From Octopus vulgaris (Eukaryota): a DNA stretch of 64,000 nucleotides. The stretch spans positions 33,728,001 to 33,792,000 of the forward strand of contig OX597839.1 of assembly GCA_951406725.2 (NCBI GenBank), in the 5' to 3' direction. Below the pieces are notes generated by a model. That model was not told the DNA's origin, did no database searches, and was given only the letters and a program-made list of their open reading frames with translations. How positions within the stretch are numbered: the first letter of the stretch is position 1; each line of letters begins with the position of its first letter. Below are positions 28,377 to 43,368 of the stretch, one piece after another. The translations under genes were made by a program, and so were the position numbers.

Positions 28377-29483
28377 CTATGATATACAATTTTCAAGATG
28401 GTGTAATTTAGTTGTTCATTTTGAACCGATAAAAGTTTTTTTTTTCAAATATTTCATGTATAAGTCTGTGTATATATATGTTGTGGTATAAATATCAACA
28501 CAATTTTTTTCCCCTTCCTCCCTTATTTTTAGTTTCCCTTTTCTCTTTTTGTCTCTCTCCCCTTCTCCAAACACACAGACACAGACACACGCATGACATG
28601 ACTTTTTCAAGGCTGACATCAACTCGTCTGAAACATTCCAAGTTCGACCGTCAAACTTAGATAAGTTCTATTGTTTAACTCAGCATTTCGGGGTAAAATA
28701 GAGGTAAATGGAGATAAGCGAATTCATTTCCCATTCTACTCCGATCCACATTCAACAATCCAACATGTCTAACTTCGAATCCTCTCAGAATATTCGGTAA
28801 CAATCGTTTTCGCTTTCAGACGACGCACTCACAGTATTTTTAGCAAATCACTTCTTCCTAACATCCGCAACAGACGCAGTTATTACGAAACGTGCTCTCG
28901 TTTTGTCTTTGTTATTTTCGCCCTTAGCATTGTAAAACGGCCGACTGCCACAGCATTTTGTGTTCTGATACTAACATCGAATTAACAGGAAAATAAAATC
29001 TGTAAGAAACAGCTTCCTTCTTTCTCTTCATTTTTATGTTGCATGTTTCGCTGACCCACGAACATCAAATCTTCTCAGTGTAACACAATCGGTTAGAACT
29101 ATGTGAAATGCGCATTTTCTAAAAGTATTCAGGTGAAACTATTTAATCGCTTGAACGACATGACTTTAAATATTTGTAGTTTCTTTGTTATTGGTTTCTA
29201 AAAGAAAAAATAACTCTGATTTACGTCATCAGAGGAAAACTATCCAGAACTTTGAAGAAAATTTGATTGGTTGAAGGAAATTTAACAAGAGCCATTGAAA
29301 TATATGTGTTTGTAAATAACTAGGCTCAGTTAATGAAGTCATCGAACTGAGCAGACTACATTACCCGAAACGTTTCTCTTCGTAAACCAGGAAGTGAAAG
29401 GGTGGACTGTTTTGCTTTTTTCTTTTCCAGGTAAAAATTGATATTTTTAGAGATTTATATTGTTTTCATATTAAGAACTTTAT

Positions 29484-30476
29484 ATGAGCATGAATGACGA
29501 CCAAGTATATTATATTTATAAGGATCAATTTCAAAAACTCCTTGTTGATTTTGTAAAACTCATGGACGATATCAAATCATTTTTAGATGAAGCCTTATCC
29601 AATGGTTTGCTGACTGATAGCAATAAAGAGAGCATAATGTCTGAAAGAGATTCTAACGATCAGAAACGACGGTTACACGAAATCCTAGGTAAGAAACTAC
29701 CGGATGGGTCCCGTAAATTTGTGTCGGATTTGGAAAAGTCAAACCATAAGGAAATTCTCGAGCTATTAGACGATCCGTCAGTCTACCCGATGAAATTCAA
29801 ACCTCATGGTCGTGTTATATTAATAAATAATGTGAAATTTCCCGTTGGGAGTAAATACAATGAAAAGCTCGGAAGCGAAAAGGATGTGGAAGGTATCAGG
29901 GAACTTTTCAAGGCTTTCAATTTCGATGTTCAACTTTATTCTAATAAAACGGCCGAGGAAATGAAAAGAATAATTGAGAAAGCATCGCAGGAAAGTACAG
30001 CCCGTGAAGATTGTTTTGTTATGTTCTTGATGTCACATGGTGTTAGAGGGAGTATCATTGGAACTGATGGTAAGGAATTATCTTATTCCACTATTAATAC
30101 CATTCTAAAGGAGAGTTATGAGCTGAAAGACAAACCAAAACTCATTTACGTAAACACTTGCCAAGCTTATTTTGAAAAAGAAGATGTCGCGCAATATTTC
30201 AACGTGGCAGACCTACATGTTACTTTTGCCACGGTTCCAGAAAGCTTTGCTTACCGAAGTAGGAAGAAAGGCAGTCTTTTCATTATATCTTTACTCAAAG
30301 TCTATGAAAATAATAAAAGCAAGTGCGACATCTCATCATTATCAGTTAAAATAAATTCACAAGTTTCGAAGGAATGCAAAGAGATTAACATGGATCAGAT
30401 TTCAAGTTGTTATTCCACCTTCAAGAGAAAGGTGATTCTTCGAGCCACAGATTCTCTCTTCTCCTTCTCTCATTAA
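29484..30476 (+). CDS. CARD-caspase, class E (E1), intact, 330 aa, Cys retained, S1 Arg>Lys, short linker
   Basis: EKLGSEKD, MSHG, YVNTCQAY, SFAYRSRKKG. A small deletion removed the usual stop, extending the C-terminus by SLFSFSH. Confidence 0.9.
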   Translation: MSMNDDQVYYIYKDQFQKLLVDFVKLMDDIKSFLDEALSNGLLTDSNKESIMSERDSNDQKRRLHEILGKKLPDGSRKFVSDLEKSNHKEILELLDDPSVYPMKFKPHGRVILINNVKFPVGSKYNEKLGSEKDVEGIRELFKAFNFDVQLYSNKTAEEMKRIIEKASQESTAREDCFVMFLMSHGVRGSIIGTDGKELSYSTINTILKESYELKDKPKLIYVNTCQAYFEKEDVAQYFNVADLHVTFATVPESFAYRSRKKGSLFIISLLKVYENNKSKCDISSLSVKINSQVSKECKEINMDQISSCYSTFKRKVILRATDSLFSFSH

Positions 30477-30916
30477 AATATAAAGAAATTGAACAACAAT
30501 GGTATGTACGTTAAACCTTTCCAAATTCGCCTCCATCCACAACCTAATCTCTTATACTTGGATTCCACTTCACCTGACTAATAATTATTTCTGATTTCGG
30601 TACAAAGCCAACAATTTAAAGAGGAGGACTTATCAGACACCATTCTCTGCAGAACTTTATTTTATTTTATAAATTACATACGATATTTCTTTTGAATTCC
30701 TTGAGAAGTTGCTGTTATTTTATGCGATTGGAAACCAACTGGATTCCACTGCATTCCGGTCGAGTGCAAGGGAGGTAACTGTAGCAGTCTCACGCCTCTA
30801 CTGTAGAAAAGCCAAGTTGCTATACGCTAAATAGGCGGTTTTTGCTCCAGCATGACCTTGGTCGTGATGGCTTAAACGAAGCAAACGAGACCAGGAAGAT
30901 CTCAGATCATTAAATA

Positions 30917-30952
<36 letters not shown>

Positions 30953-31196
30953 CATACATACATACATACAGACGTATATATGTATATATATACACACACA
31001 CACACACACGCACATGTATATATATATATATATACAGAGAGAGAGAGAGAGACAGAGAGAGAGATTACTTTTTTTTACGTGTTTCAGTCATTTGACTGTG
31101 GCTATGCTGGAGCACCGCCTTTAAGATATATATATATTATATATATAGATATATTATATACATATATATACACAAACATATGTACACATACATACG

Positions 31197-31300
<104 letters not shown>

Positions 31301-31535
31301 GTTATGAGGGGAAAACTCCGATCTTGTGAATTTTCCGAATTCCTCTCCCCACCCTCCCGTTGCTTTGCACGCATTTTTTTGTTCATATTCGCTTCCTTTT
31401 CATTGTTTTACACCCATTCCAGTATTTTTTCTTTTCTTTTTCGCTTTTCATTTCCTAAACATTAACCATAAGTCTGAATAAAATTTGTCATAAACCCGTT
31501 CAAAGAAGGATTTTATTCCAATATTATGCTACTCG

Positions 31536-32059
31536 CCGACTGACCCTTTAATCACGTCTGGCCAACGTCTGTCCGACTGTCCCTTTAATCACGTCTGGCC
31601 AACGTCTGTCCAACTGACCCTTTAATCACGTCTGGCCAACGTCTGTCCGACTGACCCTTTAATCACGTCTGGCCAACGTCTGTCCGACAGACCCTTTAAT
31701 CACGTCTGGCCAACGTCTGTCCGACTGACCCTTTAATCACGTCTGGCCAACGTCTGTCCGACTGACCCATTAATCACGTCTGGCCAACGTCTGGCCGACA
31801 GACCCTTTAATCACGTCTGGCCAACGTCTGGCCAACGTCTGTCCGACTGTCCCTTTAATCACGTCTGGCCAACGTCTGTCCGACTGTCCCTTTAATCACG
31901 TCTGGCCAACGTCTGTCCGACTGTCCCTTTAATCACGTCTGGCCAACGTCTGTCCGACAGACCCTTTAGTCACGTCTGGCCAACGTCTGTCCGACTGACC
32001 CTTTAATCACGTCTGGCCAACGTCTGTCCGACTGTCCCATTAATCACGTCTGGCCAACG
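31536..32059. repeat. 37-bp minisatellite, ~14 units
   Basis: Tandem units. Confidence 0.9.
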
Positions 32060-33089
32060 AGACAGACGAGTTGTTTGTTATTAGATAAGGACAATAACCA
32101 TCTATAAACATTACGCCGCACTTTCGTACTTAACGCAAAATGAGATATTTGTATTTTTACTTATTATTTACTATTGTAGAAAGGAATTAATGATGGCATA
32201 TTATAATTCATAACGCAAACAAACGTGCGTGCGCACACACACACTCATACACACACACACACACATACTTATATACCTGTGTCACTATACCTGTGATCAT
32301 TGTCAGATTTTATCGGCTGACGTCACACGTAACATTTTTGCCTTCGCAAACCAGGAAGTGAAACTGTTGAACTTTATTTTCCCAGTGAAAATTGATAATT
32401 TTTACAGATTTCCCTTGTTTTAATACGCCGCACGTTATAGAATTTTTAGCAAATCACTTCTTCCTAACATCTGCAACAGACGCAGTTATTACGAAACGTG
32501 CTCTCGTTTTGTCTTTGTTATTTTCGCCCTTAGCATTGTAAAACGGCCGACTGCCACAGCATTTTGTGTTCTGATACTAACATCGAATTAACAGGAAAAT
32601 AAAATCTGTAAGAAACAGCTTCCTTCTTTCTCTTCATTTTTATGTTGCATGTTTCGCTGACCCACGAACATCAAATCTTCTCAGTGTAACACAATCGGTT
32701 AGAACTATGTGAAATGCGCATTTTCTAAAAGTATTCAGGTGAAACTATTTAATCGCTTGAACGACATGACTTTAAATATTTGTAGTTTCTTTGTTATTGG
32801 TTTCTAAGAGAAAAAATAACTCTGATTTACGTCATCAGAAGAAAACTATCCAGAACTTTGAAGAAAATTTGATTGGTTGAAGGAAATTTAACAAGAAACA
32901 ATGAAATATATGTGTTTGTAAATAACTAGGCTCAGTTAATGAAGTCATCGAACTGAGCAGACTACATTACCCGAAACGTTTATCTTCGTAAACCAGGAAG
33001 TGAAAGCGTGGACTGTTTTGCTTTTTTCTTTTCCAGGTAAAAATTGATATTTTTAGAGATTTATATTGTTTTCATATTAAGAACTTTAT

Positions 33090-34202
33090 ATGAGCATGGA
33101 TGACGACCGAGTATATTATATTTATAAGGATCAATTTCAAAAACTCCTTGTTGATTTTATAAAACTCATGGACGATATCAAATCATTTTTAGATGAAGCT
33201 TTATCCAATGGTTTGCTGACTAATAGCAATAAAGAGAGCATAATGTCTGAAAGAGATTCTAACAATCAGAAACGACGGTTACACGAAATCCTAGGTAAGA
33301 AACTACCGGATGGGTCCCGTAAATTTGTGTCGGCTTTGGAAAAGTCAAACCATAAGGAAATTCTCAAGCTATTAGACGATCCGTCAGTCTACCCGATGAA
33401 ATTCAAACTTCATGGTCGTGTTATATTAATAAATAATGTGAAATTTCCCGTTGGGAGTAAATACAATGAAAGGCTCGGAAGCGAAAAGGATGTGGAAGGT
33501 ATCAGGGAACTTTTCAAGGCTTTCAATTTCGATGTTCAACTTTATTCTGATAAAACGGCCGAGGAAATGAAAAGAATAATTGAGAAAGCATCGAAGGAAA
33601 GTACAGCCAGTGAAGATTGTTTCGTTATGTTCTTGATGTCACATGGTGTTAGAGGGAGTATCATTGGAACTGATGGTAAGGAATTATCTTATTCCACTAT
33701 TAACGACGCTCTAAAGGACACTATTAACGACGATCCAGAGAAGAGTTCTCAGCTGAAAGACAAACCAAAGCTCATTTATGTAAATACTTATCAATTTAAA
33801 CATGAGAAGGATAATGTCCCGAAAGGCACCGACGCTTCTTCAACTAAAGAAAATACTTGTCGAAGTGAAACTCAAGTCAAAGTTGACGCAGAATGTAGCA
33901 GCGCTGTCGAAAGTAATTCTGAAAAGGAATACATCGGGCAATATTTCAACGTTCCAGATCTCTATGTTACTTTTGCCTCCGTTCCAGAAGGCCTTGCTTA
34001 CCGAACTGAGGAAAGTGGTACTGTTTTCATAAAAAGTTTAATCAGTGTTTATGAAAGGAACAAAGATAGATGTGACATCTCATCATTATCACTTGATATA
34101 AATTCAGAAGTTTCGAAGGAATTCAAAGAGATTAACATGGATCAGGTTTCAAGTTGTTATTCCACCTTGAAGAGAAAGGTGATTCTTCGAGCCACAGATT
34201 AA
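33090..34202 (+). CDS. CARD-pseudocaspase, class C (C2), intact ORF, 370 aa, Cys>Tyr
   Basis: Same protein as C1 except a C-terminal patch (EFKEINMDQ versus ECKEISKDQ). Confidence 0.88.
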   Translation: MSMDDDRVYYIYKDQFQKLLVDFIKLMDDIKSFLDEALSNGLLTNSNKESIMSERDSNNQKRRLHEILGKKLPDGSRKFVSALEKSNHKEILKLLDDPSVYPMKFKLHGRVILINNVKFPVGSKYNERLGSEKDVEGIRELFKAFNFDVQLYSDKTAEEMKRIIEKASKESTASEDCFVMFLMSHGVRGSIIGTDGKELSYSTINDALKDTINDDPEKSSQLKDKPKLIYVNTYQFKHEKDNVPKGTDASSTKENTCRSETQVKVDAECSSAVESNSEKEYIGQYFNVPDLYVTFASVPEGLAYRTEESGTVFIKSLISVYERNKDRCDISSLSLDINSEVSKEFKEINMDQVSSCYSTLKRKVILRATD

Positions 34203-35124
34203 CCTAATTCTCTCTTCTCCTTCTCTCATTAAAATATAAAGAAATTGAACAACAATGGTATGTACGTTAAACCTTTCCAAATTCGCCTCCATCCACAACC
34301 TAATCTGTTAATCTTGGATTCCACTTCACCTGACTAATACTTATTTCTGATTTCGGTACAAAGCCAACAATTTAAAGAGGAGGACTTATCAGACACCATT
34401 CTCTGGAGAACTTTATTTTATTTTATAAATTACAAACGATATTTCTTTTGAATTCCTTGAGAAGTTGCTGTTGTTTTATGCGATTGGAAACCAACTGGAT
34501 TCCACTGCATTCCGGTCGAGTGCAAGGGAGGTAACTGTAGCAGTCTCACGCCTCTACTGTAGAAAAGCCAAGTTGCTATACGCTAAATAGGCGGTTTTTG
34601 CTCCAGCATGACCTTGGTCGTGATGGCTTAAAAGAAGCAAACGAGACCAGGAAGATCTCAGATCATTAAATACGTATTAACATACATACATTCATACATA
34701 CACACACACACATATATATATGTGCGGAGAGGGAAAATTTAAGATCTTTCCCTTCTACAAATGTCCGAAGAACGACACCTCTTTCAGGAGGAATATGGAA
34801 AAATATTTCATAGCTAAGTTGTCCCCCAAATTAAACGGCTGAAACTTTACTCATCATACATTGAAGGACAAATCTTTCGATTTACAATATAATATAGTAG
34901 AACATTTAATATGTGTGTGTGTGTATATATATATATAGGTGTGTGTATATATATATTACCTGTTATATACATTATATTGGTTTTGTAATTTACTTGATCT
35001 TTACTTGCCAATTGTCATTCTAATTTTAACCTTCCTATGATATGCAATTTTCAAGATGGTGTAATTTGATTGTTCCTTTTGAATCGATAGAAGGTGGGTT
35101 TTTTCTAATATTTCATGTGTAAGC

Positions 35125-35173
<49 letters not shown>

Positions 35174-36308
35174 CATTGAAGGACACATTTTTCGATTTAC
35201 AATCTAATATAGTAGAACATTTAGTATATGTCTGTATATGTATATATATGTGTGTGTGTGTATATACATTGCCAGTTATATACATTATATTATTTTTATA
35301 TTTTTATAATTTACTTCCATCTTCACTTTTTAATTGTCACTTTAATTTTAACTTTCCTATGATATACAATTTTCAAGATGGTATAATTTAGTTGTTCATT
35401 TTGAACCGATAAAAGGTTTTTTTTTCAAATATTTCATGTATAAGTCTGTGTATATATATGTTGTGGTATAAATATCAACACAATTTTTTTCCCCTTCCTC
35501 CCTTATTTTTATTTTCCCTTTTCTCTTTTTGTCTCTCTCCCCTTCTCCAAACACACAGACACACACACACAGACACACACACACGCATGACATGACTTTT
35601 TCAAGGCTGACATCAACTCGTCTGAAACATTCCAAGTTCGACCGTCAAACTTAGATAAGTTCTATTGTTTAACTCAGCATTTCGGGGTAAAATAGAGGTA
35701 AATGGAGATAAGCGAATTCATTTCCCATTCTACTCCGATCCACATTCAACAATCCAACATGTATAACTACGAATCCTCTCAGAATATTCGGTAACAATCG
35801 TTTTCGCTTTCAGACGACGCACTCACAGTATTTTTAGCAAATCACTTCTTCCTAACATCCGCAACAGACGCAGTTATTACGAAACGTGCTCTCGTTTTGT
35901 CTTTGTTATTTTCGCCCTTAGCATTGTAAAACGGCCGACTGCCACAGCATTTTGTATTCTGACACTAACATCGAATTAACAGGAAAATAAAATCTGTAAG
36001 AAACAGCTTCCTTCTTTCTCTTCATTTTTATGTTGCATGTTTCGCTGACCCACGAACATCAAATCTTCTCAGTGTAACACAATCGGTTAGAATTATGTGA
36101 AATGCGCATTTTCTAAAAGTATTCAGGTGAAACTATTTAATCGCTTGAATGACATGACTTTAAATATTTGTAGTTTCTTTGTTATTGGTTTCTAAAAGAA
36201 AAAAATAACTCTGATTTACGTCATCAGAGGAAAACTATCCAGAACTTTGAAGAAAATTTGATTGGTTGAAGGAAATTTAACAAGAGCCATTGAAATATAT
36301 GTGTTTTT

Positions 36309-36511
36309 TTACCGAAGTAGGAAGAAAGGAGTCTTTTCATTACATCTTTACTCAAAGTCTATGAAAATAGCAAAGCAAGTGCAACATCTCATCATTATCA
36401 GTTGAAATAAATTCATAAGTTTCGAAGGAATGCAAAGAGATTTCCAAGGATCAGGTTTCAAGTTGTTATTCCACCTTGAAGAGAAAGGTGATTCTTCGAG
36501 CCACAGATTAA
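36309..36511 (+). pseudogene. C-terminal caspase fragment, duplicate of 20264-20468
   Basis: Same junction and sequence. Confidence 0.8.
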
Positions 36512-37423
36512 CCTAATTCTCTCTTCTCCTTCTTTCGTTAAAATATAAAGAAATTGAACAACAATGGTATGTACGTTAAACCTTTCCAAATTCGCCTCCA
36601 TCCACAACCTAATCTGTTATACTTGGATTCCACTTCACCTGACTAATACTTATTTCTGATTTCGGTACAAAGCCAACAATTTAAAGAGGAGGACTTATCA
36701 GACACCATTCTCTGCAGAACTTTATTTTATTTTATAAATTACAAACGATATTTCTTTTGAATTCCTTGAGAAGTTGCTGTTGTTTTATGCGATTGGAAAC
36801 CAACTGGATTCCACTGCATTCCGGTCGAGTGCAAGGGAGGTAACTGTAGCAGTCTCACGCCTCTACTGTAGAAAAGCCAAGTTGCTATACGCTAAATAGG
36901 CGGTTTTTGCTCCAGCATGACCTTGGTCGTGATGGCTTAAACGAAGCAAACGAGACCAGGAAGATCTCAGATCATTAAATACGTATTTACATACATACAT
37001 ACATACATAATACATACATACATACATACATACATACATACATACATACATACATACATACATACATACATACATACATACATACATACATACATACATA
37101 CATACATACATACATACATACAAACATACATACATACATACATACATACATACATACATACATACATACATACATACATACATACATACATACATACGTA
37201 CATACATACATACATACATACATACATACATACATACATACACACACATATATACATGTGGAGAGGGAAAATTTAAGATCTTTCCCTTCTACAAATGTCC
37301 GAGGAATATGGAAAAATATTTCATAGCTAAGTTCTCCCCAAATTAAACGGCTGAAACTTTACTCATCATACATTGAAGGACAAATCTTTCGATTTACAAT
37401 ATAATATAGTAGAACATTTAATA

Positions 37424-37459
<36 letters not shown>

Positions 37460-37646
37460 GGTGTGTGTATTTATATATTACCTGTTATATACATTATATT
37501 GGTTTTGTAATTTACTTGATCTTTACTTGCCAATTGTCATTCTAATTTTAACCTTCCTATGATATGCAATTTTCAAGATTGTGTAATTTGATTGTTCATT
37601 TTGAATCGATAGAAGGTGGGTTTTTTCTAATATTTCATGTGTAAGC

Positions 37647-37717
<71 letters not shown>

Positions 37718-39025
37718 CATTGAAGGACACATTTTTCGATTTACAATCTAATATAGTAGAACATTTAGTATATGTCTGTATATGTATATATATGTGTGTG
37801 TGTATATATATAAATACATTGCCTGTTATATGCATTATATTATTTTTATATTTTTATAATTTACTTCCATCTTCACTTTTTAATTGTCACTTTAATTTTA
37901 ACTTTCCTATGATATACAATTTTCAAGATGGTGTAATTTAGTTGTTCATTTTGAACCAATAAAAGGTTTTTTTTCAAATATTTCATGTATAAGTCTGTGT
38001 ATATATATGTTGTGGTATAAATATCAACACAATTTTTTTTCCCTTCCTCCCTTATTTTTATTTTCCCTTTTCTCTTTTTGTCTCTCTCCCCTTCTCCAAA
38101 CACACAGACACACACACACAGACACACACACACGCATGACATGACTTTTCAAGGCTGACATCAACTCATCTGAAACATTCCAAGTTCGACCGTCAAACTT
38201 AGATAAGTTCTATTGTTTAACTCAGCATTTCGGGGTAAAATAGAGGTAAATGGAGATAAGCGAATTTATTTCCCATTCTACTCCGATCCACATTCAACAA
38301 TCCAACATGTATAACTACGAATCCTCTCAGAATATTCGGTAACAATCGTTTTCGCTTTCAGACGACGCACTCACAGTATTTTTAGCAAATCACTTCTTCC
38401 TAACATCCGCAACAGACGCAGTTATTACGAAACGTGCTCTCGTTTTGTCTCTGTTATTTTCGCCCTTAGCATTGTAAAACGGCCGATTGCCACAGCATTT
38501 TGTGTTCTGATACTAACATCGAATTAACAGGAAAATAAAATCTGTAAGAAACAGCTTCCTTCTTTCTCTTCATTTTTATGTTGCATGTTTCGCTGACCCA
38601 CGAACATCAAATCTTCTCAGTGTAACACAATCGGTTAGAACTATGTGAAATGCGCATTTTCTAAAAGTATTCAGGTGAAACTATTTAATCGCTTGAATGA
38701 CATGACTTTAAATATTTGTAGTTTCTTTGTTATTGGTTTCTAAGAGAAAAAATAACTTTGATTTACGTCATCAGAGGAAAACTATCCAGAACTTTGAAGA
38801 AAATTTGATTGGTTGAAGGAAATTTAACAAGAGCCATTGAAATATATGTGTTTGTAAATAACTAGGCTCAGTTAATGAAGTCATCGAACTGAGCAGACTA
38901 CATTACCCGAAACGTTTTTCTTCGTAAACCAGGAAGTGAAAGGGTGGACTGTTTTGCTTTTTTCTTTTCCAGGTAAAAATTGATATTTTTAGAGATTTAT
39001 ATTGTTTTCATATTAAGAACTTTAT

Positions 39026-40115
39026 ATGAGCATGAATGAAGACCGAGTATATTATATTTATAAGGATCAATTTCAAAAACTCCGAGTTGATTTTGTAAAA
39101 CTCATGGACGATATCAAATCATTTTTAGATGCAGCTTTATCCAATGGTTTGCTGACATATAGCCATAAAGAGAGCATAATATCTGAAAGAGATTCTAACG
39201 ATCAGAAACGACGGTTACACGAAATCCTAGGTAAGAAACTACCAGATGAGTCCCGTAAATTTGTGTCGGCTTTGGAAACGTCAAACCATAATAAAATTCT
39301 CGAGCTATTAGACGATCCGTCAGTCTACCCGATGAAATTCAAACTTCATGGTCGTGTTATATTAATAAATAATGTGAAATTTCCCGTTGGGAGTAACTAC
39401 AATGAAAGGCTCGGAAGCGAAAAGGATGTGGAAGGTATCACGAAACTTTTCAAGGCTTTCAACTTCGATGTTCAACTTTATTCTAATAAAACGGCCGAGG
39501 AAATGGAAGGAATAATTGAGAAAGCATCGCAGGAAAGTACAGCCCGTGAAGATTGTTTCGTTATGTTCTTGATGTCCCATGGTGTTAGAGGGAGTATCAT
39601 TGGAACTGATGGTAAGGAATTATCTTATTCCACTATTAACGACGCTCTAAAGAAGAGGTCTCCGCTGAAAGACAAACCAAAGCTCATTTACGTAAATACT
39701 TATCAATTTAAACATGAGAAGGATAATGTCCCGAAAGGCACCGACGTTTCTTCAACTAAAGAAAATACTTGTCGAAGTGAAACTCAAGTCAAAGTTGACG
39801 CAGAATGTAGCAGCGCTGTCGAAAGTAATTCTGAAAAGGAATACATCGGGCAATATTTCAACGTTCCAGATCTCTATGTTACTTTTGCCACCGTTCCAGA
39901 AGGCCTTGCTTTACCGAACTGAGGAAAGTGGTTCTTTTTTCATAAAAAGTTTAATCAGTGTTTATGAAAGGAACAAAGATAGATGTAACATCTCATCATT
40001 ATCACTTCATATAAATTCAGAAGTTTCGAAGGAATGCAAAGAGATTTCCAAGGATCAGGTTTCAAGTTGTTATTCCACCTTGAAGAGAAAGGTGATTCTT
40101 CGAGCCACAGATTAA
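39026..40115 (+). pseudogene. Class D copy with a 1-bp insertion near 39911 (possibly a sequencing error); Cys>Tyr
   Basis: gcttttaccg-type T insertion relative to D1; otherwise the same protein as D1. Confidence 0.65.
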
Positions 40116-40609
40116 CCTAATTCTCTCTTCTCCTTCTCTCATTAAAATATAAAGAAATTGAACAACAATGGTATGTACGTTAAACCTTTCCAAATTCGCC
40201 TCCATCCACAACCTAATCTGTTAATCTTGGATTCCACTTCACCTGACTAATAAGTATTTCTGATTTCGGTACAAAGCCAACAATTTAAAGAGGAGGACTT
40301 ATCAGACACCATTCTCTGCAGAACTTTATTTTATTTTATAAATTACATACGATATTTCTTTTGAATTCCTTGAGAAGTTGCTGTTGTTTTATGCGATTGG
40401 AAACCAAATGGATTCCACTGCATTCCGGTCGAGTGCAAGGGAGGTAACTGTAGCATCTCACGCCTCTACTGTAGAAAAGCCAAGTTGCTATACGCTAAAT
40501 AGGCGGTTTTTGCTCCAGCATGACCTTGGTCGTGATGGCTTAAACGAAGCAAACGAGACCAGGAAGATCTCAGATCATTAAATACGTATTTACATACATA
40601 CATACATAC

Positions 40610-40640
<31 letters not shown>

Positions 40641-40694
40641 CGTATGTACGTACATACATACATACATACATACATACATACATACATACATACG

Positions 40695-40726
<32 letters not shown>

Positions 40727-40727
40727 G

Positions 40728-40765
<38 letters not shown>

Positions 40766-41077
40766 TTATATATATATATATTCATATGTGGACGGCACCC
40801 ACTTCTGTTATTTTTTTTCAGAATCCCCCATTCTGTAAAAAAAAAACCCCCCAAAAAAAAGCCAAGTGGAATCGGTCTGCATTCTTTAAGTCCGCTTTAT
40901 ATGTGTGTCTCTGTATAAATATAATTGTCGCATTTAATCAAATTTCATTACACCGATCGTTTTGCCTTCGCAAACCAGGAAGTGAAACGGTTGACTCTTT
41001 AGCTTTTTATTCCCGATGAATATTGATATTTTTTTTACAGATTTCTATTATTTTAATATCTATAATTTTATATAAAC

Positions 41078-41174
41078 GTGAGCAGTGAAGAAGAAGTACA
41101 TCATATTTCTCAGGAACGATTTATGCAAACCCGAGTTTATTTTGTAAAACCCGTGGACGATCTCGGATCATTTT
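41078..41174 (+). pseudogene. B-type CARD N-terminal fragment (GTG start)
   Basis: As at 25052. Confidence 0.75.
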
Positions 41175-42279
41175 CCTATGATATACAATTTTCAAGATGG
41201 TGTAATTTAGTTGTTCATTTTGAACCGATAAAAGTTTTTTTTTTCAAATATTTCATGTATAAGTCTGTGTATATATATGTTGTGGTATAAATATCAACAC
41301 AATTTTTTCCCCTTCCTCCCTTATTTTTAGTTTCCCTTTTCTCTTTTTGTCTCTCTCCCCTTCTCCAAACACACACACACAGACACACGCATGACATGAC
41401 TTTTTCAAGGCTGACATCAACTCGTCTGAAACATTCCAAGTTCGACCGTCAAACTTAGATAAGTTCTATTGTTTAACTCAGCATTTCGGGGTAAAATAGA
41501 GGTAAATGGAGATAAGCGAATTCATTTCCCATTCTACTCCGATCCACATTCAACAATCCAACATGTATAACTACAAATCCTCTCAGAATATTCGGTAACA
41601 ATCGTTTTCGCTTTCAGACGACGCACTCACAGTATTTTTAGCAAATCACTTCTTCCTAACATCCGCAACAGACGCAGTTATTACGAAACGTGCTCTCGTT
41701 TTGTCTCTGTTATTTTCGCCCTTAGCATTGTAAAACGGCCGATTGCCACAGCATTTTGTGTTCTGATACTAACATCGAATTAACAGGAAAATAAAATCTG
41801 TAAGAAACAGCTTCCTTCTTTCTCTTCATTTTTATGTTGCATGTTTCGCTGACCCACGAACATCAAATCTTCTCAGTGTAACACAATCGGTTAGAACTAT
41901 GTGAAATGCGCATTTTCTAAAAGTATTCAGGTGAAACTATTTAATCGCTTGAACGACATGACTTTAAATATTTGTAGTTTCTTTGTTATTGGGTTCTAAG
42001 AGAAAAAATAACTTTGATTTACGTCATCAGAGGAAAACTATCCAGAACTTTGAAGAAAATTTGATTGGTTGAAGGAAATTTAACAAGAGCCATTGAAATA
42101 TGTGTTTGTAAATAACTAGGCTCAGTTAATGAAGTCATCGAACTGAGCAGACTACATTACCCGAAACGTTTTTCTTCGTAAACCAGGAAGTGAAAGGGTG
42201 GACTGTTTTGCTTTTTTCTTCTCCAGGTAAAAATTGATATTTTTAGAGATTTATATTGTTTTCATATTAAGAACTTTAT

Positions 42280-43368
42280 ATGAGCATGAATGAAGACCGA
42301 GTATATTATATTTATAAGGATCAATTTCAAAAACTCCGAGTTGATTTTGTAAAACTCATGGACGATATCAAATCATTTTTAGATGCAGCTTTATCCAATG
42401 GTTTGCTGACATATAGCCATAAAGAGAGCATAATGTCTGAAAGAGATTCTAACGATCAGAAACGACGGTTACACGAAATCCTAGGTAAGAAACTACCAGA
42501 TGAGTCACGTAAATTTGTGTCGGCTTTGGAAACGTCAAACCATAATAAAATTCTCGAGCTATTAGACGATCCGTCAGTCTACCCGATGAAATTCAAACTT
42601 CATGGTCGTGTTATATTAATAAATAATGTGAAATTTCCCGTTGGGAGTAAATACAATGAAAGGCTCGGAAGCGAAAAGGATGTGGAAGGTATCACGGAAA
42701 CTTTTCAAGGCTTTCAACTTCGATGTTGAACTTTATTCTAATTAAACGGCCGAGGAAATGGAAGGAATAATTGAGAAAGCATCGCAGGAAAGTACAGCCC
42801 GTGAAGATTGTTTCGTTATGTTCTTGATGTCCCATGGTGTTAGAGGGAGTATCATTGGAACTGATGGTAAGGAATTATCTTATTCCACTATTAACGACGC
42901 TCTAAAGAAGAGGTCTCCGCTGAAAGACAAACCAAAGCTCATTTACGTAAATACTTATCAATTTAAACATGAGAAGGATAATGTCCCGAAAGGCACCGAC
43001 GTTTCTTCAACTAAAGAAAATACTTGTCGAAGTGAAACTCAAGTCAAAGTTGACGCAGAATGTAGCAGCGCTGACGAAAGTAATTCTGAAAAGGAATACA
43101 TCGGGCAATATTTCAACGTTCCAGATCTCTATGTTACTTTTGCCACCGTTCCAGAAGGCCTTGCTTACCGAACTGAGGAAAGTGGTTCTTTTTCATAAAA
43201 AGTTTAATCAGTGTTTATGAAAGGAACAAAGATAGATGTAACATCTCATCATTATCACTTCATATAAATTCAGAAGTTTCGAAGGAATGCAAAGAGATTT
43301 CCAAGGATCAGGTTTCAAGTTGTTATTCCACCTTGAAGAGAAAGGTGATTCTTCGAGCCACAGATTAA
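42280..43368 (+). pseudogene. Class D copy with the shared TAA (42743-42745) plus 1-bp indels near 42697 and 43190
   Basis: Alignment to D1 and the 26252 copy by eye. Confidence 0.8.

Noticed and set aside
31536-32059. 37-bp repeats as a CRISPR array
   Set aside because: Units abut with no unique spacers, there are no cas genes, and the context is eukaryotic; this is a minisatellite.
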